Below, in pieces: positions 27,875 through 39,800 of a stretch of DNA of 64,000 nucleotides. The stretch is from a virus. How positions within the stretch are numbered: position 1 is the stretch's first letter; each line of letters begins with the position of its first letter. The stretch spans positions 24,751 to 88,750 of IMG/VR virus record IMGVR_UViG_3300047476_001680, one strand, 5' to 3'. The notes beneath the pieces are model-generated. The model was given only the letters and a program-made list of their open reading frames with translations, did not search any database and had not been told where the DNA came from. The position numbers were made by a program, and so were the translations under genes.

Positions 27875-30800
27875 TTAACTGGTTAAACCCTTGATGAATC
27901 TAATATATGGGGTATTACTATTAAATATTCCCGTATTAGACGCTGGTGCGTTGGCCAAAGTCTCAACTGTGATATTTTCCAAACTAGCTTCAGTAATTAC
28001 CACCACATTGGATTCAGTTAAAATAGGACTATCAGCGTATCCTTGTTCGTTGAATACTCCAGTACGGACAGCATTATTAACTGAGGTAAACGTATAGGTA
28101 ATCGGAGGACCAAAATTAGCCCCTTCAAATCGTTTCCCAAACTCAACACCAGCTACATTTACTCTCGTAAAAGCAATATTGTCTCTGTCAGCCTTGTCTA
28201 CACCTTGAACTACATCAACATTGGCACCCATATCATAGACAACTGTGCCGGCACTGTGTGAGGCCATACCAGTACCAAGAGTGCCGCGACGAATGTTACT
28301 TAGTGTATGTGTAGCAGTGTCCACATTCCAGAAAGTAATGCGTTCACCATTTATGTAAATTACCCCGGGTATTCTGCTTGTGGGTGTGTTAACTGGCAAT
28401 GACAACACTGCGCTGTTTGCAACCACAATGGTGTTGGAGTTTGCAGTAATATCTGAAGCCAATGTGGTTCTGTCTAGCACATAGTCTGCTCTGTAATATC
28501 TATAAATGTCCTCACCGTCCTGAATCTCAGTGAATCTAGGAAGGTTTTTATAGGACTGTATAGACTTATGAATTCTATAGCTAAACACATTGTTAGTTGT
28601 CTCCCAGTAGGGACGAGACAGTCTTGGATATATGATCGCTGGTCTTAAGTTACCACCAGTGACTGTGATCACAGGGTTATCCAGATATCGTAGACCTGGC
28701 TGACTGATGGATATTCCCACGATTGATCCCAGATTGTCCAAGATAATACCGTCTGTGGTTATTGTAGCAGTCACCAAAGCATTTCCAGAAGTTACAGTGA
28801 CATTTACCGAAGAAATACCATCCTTGGTATAACCAAGACCGCCGTCTTCAATGAATACCCCATCAAGAGTCATACCAATGGAATTATACCAGTTAGTGTA
28901 CTCAGACGACAACGGGTCAACGTTCGCAGTTGTGATAGTCATTACCACGGAATCAAACATCCTACCGGGAACTAGTTCTTCTGGTGAATGGCTGTTGTAA
29001 GGATCTACGTAGTCCCCACCATCTATTTCTATAACACTGGCGTTACTTGAAAAACTAGTATCAAATGCGGTGTTGGCCAGTGGTGGCCCACCATCAATGA
29101 TTCTATCCAGCAAGTCTTCATCAAATACAAAGACGCCATCTTCATTTCTAGCCTGAGCATCAAAGTTATCTTCGTCAAACTCATTAGAGCTGACATCGAA
29201 TCCACCGGACTCTGAAAAATATGGACTATCTAGCAACACTCTAGGATAATCTATTCCTGACTGCAATAATGCTAGATTTTTTCCAGGTCTTCCAATGTCA
29301 GGATTGTAGTAGGCAGTGATTCTGTCGTTAGCGTTGTCAAAATCCCCGCCGCTTAATTCAACAAGATTTTCTGAGCTAAACAGACTGGTACTCGTAAATC
29401 CAGTGCTCACACGGTAGGCAACATTATTAAATGTCACAATGTCATTCTCACTGAATACAGTATTTGCTGACCAGGTCAACACATTGCTAGAGTAAGTTAT
29501 TCTATCGTAGACTAAAGTAGTTTTAATCTTTCTCACTGTTTTATTATCTAAAACAGGATAAAGTCTAGCAGCGTTACCACCAAAACTTAAAGTGATATTT
29601 GGGGTAGTATAATAACCGCTACCAGGATATGTAACTATCACGCTGGTCACACTGCCATTGGCAACCAGTGCTCGAGCTCTTGCGTCGTCATTGGTCATAC
29701 TACCTGAGAAGGTAATAGTGGGCGGGTCAGCATAACCAGAACCACCATCAACCACCCTCACTTCACTCACATAGTAATCGTGATTGTTTTTCCAGTAAGA
29801 GTTAACGCTGGTATTCAGAGCATCAAGGTCCTGTGGATATACTGAACCACCAGTGGCGAAGGACGTGGGGCTTCGGAATAATCCCAATTCACCATCATAG
29901 TAGGGCACAACATCAAAGTCTGACACATTTAAATTATTGTTTTCTGTTTTTTCGTAGTTAAAAACATATTCTCTAATAGTTGACCTATAGGGCTTAACTT
30001 CTTCAACATATTGTTTATAGTTGTCTTGATTATTTCTACGATACAGTGGAAGTTCTTCAAGGTTAGCAACTTTATGAATAATATTAATAAAGCTAGTTTT
30101 AAATGCCCAGTCCACCAGCTTCTGTTCATTGAATATGTAGTGAACAAATACAAAGAATAACTCAGTGAATTTCTGGCTTAGTTCATTGATAAAGATGTTA
30201 TTTCTTAAAGCTTCTACAATAGTTCTCATTTCCACAGTGGGAGTTCTGTCGAATGTCGAACTTTCAAAACTTCCAGTATCAAAACTATACCCGTATTTTT
30301 CGTAATCGTAAAGATTATCCTTGAATTGGATAGTTCCTGACTGTATACCAATAATACGTAAATCTTGATCGGTCACTAGTAAAAGAATCCATTTATTTTG
30401 ACCGTTATTTTTAATTTTTATTATGTCACCAGTGGTCAATCTACTGGTTATATCGTTTAAGTTGATGGTAGCTTCAATGGTAAAGTTCGGAACTGTCAGT
30501 GCACTATAACCAACTGCGTACCAGTCAGTGTACTCCCAATAATCTGCAACATCATAACTCTGAATGCGCAGTAGTCTCCAACCATCAGTTCTTAGATTTT
30601 CGTACAGAGCCCAGTGATTGCCCACTGTGGAATCGTTAACTACGAGGACACGATAGCCCAAGGGTGTTGTCAGAGGATTTACAAATCCAAATTCTAGATT
30701 GTTTTCACAGCGCAGATCGTACTCACCAAGAGTAATGTCAGGAAGTGGTTCGCCACCACTGATGGACTCCAGATCAAAACCGCGAGTAACCACGGTCTGC

Positions 30801-33800
30801 TTGAGTACTTCATTGACGTAGTCAACCATATTAGCAATAGCTTGCTCACGCTTGACGAACATAGTTTGTCTTGGTCTGTTGCTGATACCGTATTTTAACT
30901 GAACTGGCAGAGCAGCATCGGGAACAATATTATCGTAGACATCAACCCCACTAAGACTATCAAGTAATTTATTATAGATTACTTGTGGTATGTTGGCAGG
31001 TTTGTCGCCCGTGGGTGACAACAATGAAAACTCACGATGAATAATATCTTGATTAATTTTGCTAGCATAATCAATATGAAGAATAATTTTGTCTGAAATT
31101 ACATCTTCAAATATATTAAATAACGCCACTGCGTCATTACGCAGAGCGGCCAGGTACTTGATACCACTTCCCTTGGGGTTTCTAATATAATCAGTGACAG
31201 TCAAGCAAGATAATTTTCTTGAAGCAATCTGTGGCACGGAAATTTTATTTTTGACCCAGAAATAGTATTTTACCACTGCTAGGTTGGTCACTGTGTCAAT
31301 GTAGTTAACAGATACATAGGTATCAGTGTACTTGACCTCACCATCACCGTTTAATGTAGCATACTGACTGGGAGGATAATCGCTTTCTACCCACTCATAG
31401 ACGTCTATGCTACTACCTTCAAATTGTGCTCCCCAGTTATCTGTTCTGTATTTTATGGATCCTTGTTCATAATCTACATATCTTACAGTGCCTAGGTCCC
31501 ACCATAGCTGCCCCACTTGTTCTCGGCCCCACTGGAAATTCTGACTCAGTGTAATGTCAGATCTCACAGAGTTATTATAGACTGCTGGATCATAATCAGT
31601 TTTATAGGTGAGTTCTTGTTCGGCTTGGCCAAGTATTTTGCCCTTGATTGGGTCTATGTAGTCTAGGTAGTACACAACTTGGTTAGTATCTTTGTTATAA
31701 AGATAAGCTTTTACTATGCTGTTGATATCAACTCTGCCCTGTTTGCTTTCAACTTGATCCCAACCCTTGCTGCCAGTGTTGTTTTTAAAATAGAACACGC
31801 TACCGTGGTATTCTTGGGGATTTACTGTAGAGGTAAACGAGCTACTGTCTTGTGTGGCCCCAACGAATAGACTATCACCACGAACTGCCACAGCACTTCC
31901 AAATTTAATGTCAGTACTAAAGTCTACATTTATATCAGTGGGTATTAATTGCTGTGTTAGACTAAATTTACCTGGATATTCTATACTCTGTCTGCTGTCA
32001 GACAAATATTGCATTAACCATACTGCACCACTGTCAAAATTATCATTGAACGTAGTGCTACCATCGTCAAAAGTAGTAGCTTGATCTAACTTATCCAAGG
32101 TAGAATCTGTGAAGTATTTTGTAGCTGGAGTAGTTTCAGCCAGCGCAGGATATACATCAAAAGTAGTTTCTTTATAGGTCTTGGCCTCGGGACTACCCAC
32201 TACTAACCCATCACTTGTGTCAGTGATAGCTATAGTATATCCGAATCTATCGTAAGATGTTGCTGTGGGATTTTCTATAATTTCCACGTCCTTGAATATG
32301 TCCAGACCTAGATAGGTTATAGGACTGGTGCCACTATGTGTGCTTGGCAGGACTCTCAGTCTATCAGCAACGATGACTGCGTCACTGTTAATTTTTAGGT
32401 ATCCGTTGTAATTAGACGCAGTGATACCCGGAATGCGTGTATTGTTTATGTCGTTGACAATATTGTTTAGAGTTGTACCTGTGAACTCCACCACAACGTC
32501 ATTGATTCTAATAGTGTCCCCAATGACAGCGGTTGGGTTAACCACAGTGCCAACGATGGTACCATAGACTCTAGATTGGTTTAGTAGTCTATAAACTCTT
32601 CCCACTTCAAACTTATTGTCACTGCTAAAATAAGGCACACCAACATAGACGCTGCAATTATAAGGGCAAATATCCACACTATAACCATATTGGTCATCTG
32701 TGGCAACATTGTCAGTTCCTTTCTTGGTACCTATTAATTCAAAGTTGTTTGATTCAACTTCAATGGTACTACCATTTGCTGGCTCAGTGATAAATGACAC
32801 TGTATTACCTGACACTGTATAGTCAACATTAATTGTTTGTAGTTGTCCAGTTACATAAACCTTGTTTTTGTTGTCCAAGCTATGCAGGGAAACCACGGTG
32901 AAGCTGACATTACTGGTGGTTTTATAAAAACGTTCCACACTTCTATCTAGTATACTAATACTCCCTGAGCGTGATATACCATCAACATCATCAGCAGGAG
33001 CACCAGCCACAAGTTGTCGGCCATCAGTACTGGTAGCCACAGACCAACCAAAATTACTATTGGCGTTTCCAGACACATTAGCATAATATTCATAACCTGA
33101 TTTCTGTGTTACGGTTAGATTACCATAGTTGCCAGCAGTATTAATATTAAATGTGAATGACAATACGTTTCCAGCTAGAGTATAGTCACGATAAGGAGTA
33201 TAAATGAACTCCCTATCTTGAACTACCAGGAAGTCTTGACCGGCTGGTGTAAACGGTAGAGTGAAACTATTACTGCTAACAGCAACTTGCGCTGAAGTAT
33301 AGCTTGTTGACTCGTCGTCTACGTCCCTGAATTGATAGATATAGACTTTATCTTCTCCAGGTGCACCTACATACAGCCAATTATCGTCATCACTAATAGT
33401 GATACTATGACCAAACATAGATGTTGTGTTTACTGGAGAAGCAATTATACTACGCTGTGCCAGTGCACCACGTTCGTCCTGATCAAATACAACCACTGCC
33501 CCACGATTATTTTTAGTGTACGGAGCACTGGCAATAACGATCGCATCACCATTGGCCACGTCGTGACCCAGCCCCACTAGATCCTTGGCATTGCTGGTTA
33601 TTGAACCAGTTTCTATATATTGATCATATTTGTTTCTGGCAAAGTTAACCACGTTGCCGGTTACACTATTTGTTCCAGGACGGCCAGCGGTCAAGTACTT
33701 ACCAGTACTAGATAAACTCAAAGAACTACCTAGATAACCCTGGTTACTAAGCACACTTTGTTTTAAGTTGTTTTCCAGTACCCAGGGCTCAGATTTTTCA

Positions 33801-36800
33801 TAGATAGACCATTCATCAGCTTGGTTACCATTCTCTATGTAAATCTTGGTACTAGGAGTCCATTGCAATTTTCTACTAGGAACTTCGCTTAGATATCTAA
33901 ACTTGATGCTTGAAAGTTTTAGTATTTTAACAAAATCTACCTCTGCACCGATAAATCCAGTGAGGTCAAAATCACCAGTATATTCAATTACAAAATTTGT
34001 ATCATCAGTTACAGATTTAATTTCATACAATCCAGAAAAATTATCTATTCCATTTAAAATAATGATATTTTCTTTGGCAAAATTATGCTTGTCAGAAGTG
34101 GTCACTGTAAGTTGCCCGCCAAGACTATTAGTAATGTTGACAGTAAACACCTCTGTGTTGGTAACTTCGTAAATATCCCAAACTTGTTTATAATTTTTTG
34201 CACACCACAATGTTTTGCCAACATCCAGAATGTCCAATTGCTCTTGGGTCAGCAATGTACTACCAAGATCAAAAACCTTTACATCTATCTCATCTATCTT
34301 GGCGAAACCCACAGATTGAATATCTTCGTCGTAGTCGCTAGATTCGTTTCGATCCAGGAATATAGGGAATTCAAGAGTATGTGTTGATGTTTTATAAACA
34401 CTGTTTTTGTTTGTGTACGTTTCTGAATACAGAGCACTGCCATTAGCACCAATTACCAAACTCGCTGGGTTATTTTTTAAATACTGTTCCTGTAGCTGTA
34501 TTTCAATATATCTATTAGTATCCAGACTTCCATATTCGCCTACTTTGAAAGCCCAGTCTTCGTGAAGTGTTATATTGCTGGTGTTGTCTTCAAAACTCAG
34601 CTGTTTTAATGCGTCAATGGCTCGCTTGGTACCTTTTTCTCGTATAAAGCCTTGATAGAACTTTACCTGTGATGTATCATTGATACCCAGATTATCCAGA
34701 TAACTTCTATTTCTATATCCTATTAGGCCCAGGCTGTACTGATCAAAAATATTGTCATCAGTGACAGTGTCTATATCATAGTAATTTTCAGCGAGCCCTG
34801 CCATTGTACCAAAACTGTTTAATAAACCAGTCTTGATTCTTGACTTGTCCACTGGCAACCATTCTGTAAACTTAAATTCATCGTTGGCCACAATGTTATC
34901 TTTGGCAGCATAATAAAAGTTTTTATACTCTACGAGATCTCCACGACGATAGTCGGTACCCGAAGTCCAGCCGGGCACAGTCTCTCGGTTATATACAAAA
35001 CCTGGAATTTCAAAAGAACCAGTCCAATCCTGAGTTTTACTGCCCACTAGTTTAACTCTGAACTGGCGCTGGCCCGTGGCTGGGTCGTAGATAACATCGT
35101 TAAATTGTGATTTATTATTGAACACCATCGCGTGTTCATATTGCACAGTGTTTAACTTTGCCAGAGCAATCATTGACTGGTTGTTATCTAAAATAATATT
35201 ACAGTTATTACCCACGCGAGAAATACTGTAAGCATCATAATTCAGTGTCTTGAAATTCTGATCGACGACCCTACTGTTCCAGGGATCATTAGAAATTTTG
35301 TCGACCACTGTGGCTGAATTTTCGAACTCAAGTGTATTAGCCACTGGGCTTAGAACTAAAATGCTACCCACGGACCAGCCCTGTTGAATCCAAAATAAAA
35401 ATTCTTCTATACTCAGTGCCCAGTCACCCACTTTACCCAGATCTTCTCGGAACTTGGTAAATTTAAATCCTTGACTCACTAGTCCCCGTTCGTATCCAGC
35501 TATAAAATCACAGACATCCTGAGCTGTCTTAAATTCTGTGCCATAGGGCACATCTTGAATTGTATTCTGAAATATAGTTGGATAGGTAACTGTTTCCTTT
35601 AATACTCTTATTGGGTAACTATTGGCTGATGGTGCAGGAACTGCCACTGTAAAATATGGCTGGGAAACATCATAACCCCTCAGACTCCATCCGCTGGTAG
35701 TTTTTTCCACTATTATTGCACTATATGTTGGTGTAAGTATTGGTTGAGATTTATTTACAAAAAGCTTGTAATCATCATCAGGAATAACAACACCTTGATT
35801 TAAACTGTTGGGACTGTATTGTTCGGCTATGACTTTGATTCGACTCTTGTCACTGAAGCCTGCCATACGATAACTGAGTTGTATGGAGTAATTTTCTATA
35901 AATGATTTCAGCGGAGTTTTATCCACTACTCCCAGGCCAGTCTGTCTTTCTGCCAGCCAGTTTATGTAGCCAGCACCTCGAGTTATTGTGCCAGCGGAAT
36001 CGATATACCCGTTGATCTTGATATCATTTTGTGTTATACAACGATTGGTACCTTCTACCACATACTGATTTAATACTTCGTCGTACCTATATATGTCAGT
36101 GGCCACACCCAGACTGAAATATTCTGCTGGGTTGATGACTGCAGATAAAATCTGGCAGGCGAAAGGATAATTTACACTCTTGCGCCAGGCTGTTTCTATT
36201 CTTCCCCACTCACCAGAAACCCAGGGTTTGTCAAAGTCTTGTTCATTGTAGCTATTGGTCAACAAACCCAATGGTGGTAATAAATTCCCTTGGTTGTCCA
36301 CGGGAATGATATTGGATAATCCTGGACGGACAAAACGTGCATCATATTGCACTGTGATGCCATCACGTATAGCACCTGCCTCGAGATCTTCCCAGAGTAG
36401 TGTGTTATCACTAGTGTAGGGTGCAGGCCCGTATTGGTCTTGCCACCATAATGGTTCTTCACTAAATCCCAGCATTTCCCAGGGACGAAGATTGGGCGCT
36501 TCAGTGTCATAAAAATACTGGAAGCACGCTCTCCAACTTCCAGGCAGTGCCTGGTTATCCAAAACATCACCAGCCCCACCATAGTTATAGGTGTAGGGAT
36601 TGTCTACGTCATAGGTGTCATTGCTAGTAAAGTTTAATCCTAGTGCCCCGGCCCAGTTCAAGAAATTTTTACTTAATGCAAATTCGATTTGCTCCAGTGT
36701 ATAGTCTCTATTAAGTTCTTTTCTAAATCTACCAGGCTTGGTTGCAAACATATCTACACTTGTTGAAGTGTAACTTACTTTGATATTATTGTAGATTCGT

Positions 36801-39800
36801 CTCTCTAACTCTAGAACTAAGTCGTCTCTAAAATCATTGAATGCTGGCGTCACTGACCCGTCGTGACCACGTATCATTTTTACAGTACCGCTTAGGTAGC
36901 TGGTGTCATCAAAAATCTCAGGCGTGAACTTGGGCCACAGGCCCAATTTAGTTGGTGTTTCTGGAATATAACAGCCGTCGGTGTTGGTATATTCAAAAAT
37001 AGTAATTCTGTCGCCCACTGTGAGTTCAAAATTATCCAGGAACCTAAATGCTGGTGATGATTCGAGAAACTCGTAATCTCGTCCTAGTAGTATCTGTGTT
37101 TTATTGTAATAAATTATAACTGCTTTATTAGATAATACTGTGGGATTGAAAATTTCCGATAGCAAATAACTACGTCTTGCAGTATCTAGCACGTAATAGG
37201 TTATAATATTTTTGTCACTGCCATAGGGAACCATATCGCTGGCAAACCAGGGAAAGCTATTGTCCTTGACTGAGTTAATCTGTGATAATATTTTGTCCAC
37301 TGCCACAATAGGGCTTTCTAGATCTAGATATGGCTCTGTGATGGCCATACTTAAAAACTTGTGTCTAAATCTAGAATATTCTTTTTCTGCGTATCTCACA
37401 CTGTCCACGAAGTTATACTTTTCACTGCTCAAGAACAGTGCAGGTAAACTCACTGGATTGGCGTGTTGTAGGATGGTGCCCACACCAGTGTTAAAATCAA
37501 TGTCTCTACTATTGTTAACTCCCGGGAACTCACCAGTTAAATCCACCGTACTCTGAGCTAGATTGGTTGCGTGACCACGCATCTGACCCAGGGTGATTTC
37601 ATTGACAATAAAATTCTGAGCATTGTAGTTTAAGTTTTCTGGAATGATGTAAAATCCCAGCTGGCTCTGTGACTTACTATAGAAATTAATATCAATTCTA
37701 TCCCCCTGCTTGATGAGTTCCGAGTCAATAGTAATGTCGTGTTTGTTTCCAATTAAGTCAGTCACAGTGTAATAATCTGCTGTGATCTCTTTGAAGTTTA
37801 CCAATACACGTAGATTTTTTCTAGTTATGCTGTCTTCCATTAATACATCCACACGGAAGACATTGTCTGTACCATCGTAGATATAGGGAATACTCTGGAA
37901 TTGTGAAGTGGGCTCGTTTACTTTTCTCCAGGGTATTAGTTTTCTAAGTTCACCAGTGCTAAACTCTTGTAGAGTACCCAGTCCAATTTTTTGTGTATAA
38001 GTAACTCCATCAATTACATAGTTAAATGTTTCATTTTCAAAGGTATTTTCAAATACGATGTCGCCAGATGTAATTAGATTTTTATAAGACAGTGGGAACC
38101 CCAGCACACTGTCGTTGGCGCCTGCACCAATTTTATAGCTAAAAATTGTGGAGCCATTAAATGCAGTAGCAGAATTGTTTATGGGGTAATAGTCAAGATC
38201 CCCGAAACTGATGCCGTTGGCATCATAAACGTCAAACCTAGGTGCCTGATTCACATTGAGTTTTTGTTGCCCCTCATTCCAGTCCACACCATCCCACCAG
38301 AAATACTTTCCATTGTTACTAGACTGTGTGGCCCGGACACTGCTAAAAGGCACCACTACATCAGTCTCTTCAATTAAATTAATGACAGGCGCAGGATTAA
38401 ATGTATTGATGTCAGTGTCAATGAATGCTACTCGGTAGACTTTTTTTCTAGCTTCGGGATCAAGTTCACGTGTAAAAATAACACGCATACCATCTTCAAA
38501 TTTAGTACCAGCGTTATCGTAGGCCACAGGCTGGCCTTGTATAGCCACAAAAGGGCGTTCGTGAATTTGATCCACGATGTCCACGGGCTGAAGCCCAATG
38601 TAGCCTGAATTAAACAATTTAATATCTGGGATAAACTCGATGATGGGGCGACGTGCCTTGATGGCCTGGGTTAATTCCACATTGGTATTATTGTATCTGG
38701 CAGTGTCAAATAAAACTTGTTGGTGGAACCAACGGTTGTTTTTGCTCCAGGGATTAAAGTCTGTGCTGCTTCTGTTAATTGTAATATAATCAGGTACAGT
38801 AATATCCACTGGATCACTATCGTAGACTATCAAACTATCCACAGCAGTCAGTCTGATACCTTTGCCCACCCCGTCCACATAGAACTCTCGTTCAGAATAG
38901 GTGCTGGACTGTGCGCTGGCATCAAATCTGACTTTTAATCCATTGGTGAATTTTACACCGTTGGGACTGGTGTAATACGTTCTTGACAAAATATCATTTT
39001 CAACGTTGATGATATTGTTTTCAACATCGATGATTCTAATATAACCCCAAGCCCCCTCACGTGATCCGTTTTGATAATATAATCTGTCAAGATTGGCAGT
39101 GATGATGGGCACACTTTCTAGTGTTTGTGTAGTAGTCTTGTACCAACTAGTTGATCTTAAAGTTTGTCCACCGGTGACAGTTATCTTGTTTAGACTAGCG
39201 ATGTCAGCATAGTAACTTAACTTAAATCTATATTGCCCGTCACCAATGTCTTCTAGATTCATTCTCCAGATGTCGTATCTATTTGCCAGTGTGACAGCAT
39301 AGTCATTAGTGACTACATCAAGAGTTAAAGGTAAATCATCAGAGGGCTCGTCAAATCCTAGACTGTCGAAAGTAGTACCGACTTCATCGAAAATTCCCGA
39401 GGGAATCCAGTCATTGACATTGTTATAAACTTGACCGAAAACTAAAAGATTATTATCTAACTGTTCAAACTTTTGCACACCATCAATGCCGCCAAATAAT
39501 TCAACTACATTATCTAGGGTTTGATTATAGACTTGTGTAAACTTTAATGGGGTAGCATATAATGTTAGATCGTCGGGAATATCTACCTCGGGTAAGTTTA
39601 GATAGAAATCCTGATCGTTTTTAAGAGGAACGTTAAATGTAATGGTACCCTGCGATTCACCATTGTTAGTAACTCCCAATATACTTCTAGTTGAAATAGT
39701 GGGATCAGTGACTTTAAAACCTGTGGTGCCCTGCTCAGTCTGGATCCAGAACCCTTCAGAATTCTGATTGACTTCAAAAGTATAGGTACCACCACGAGCC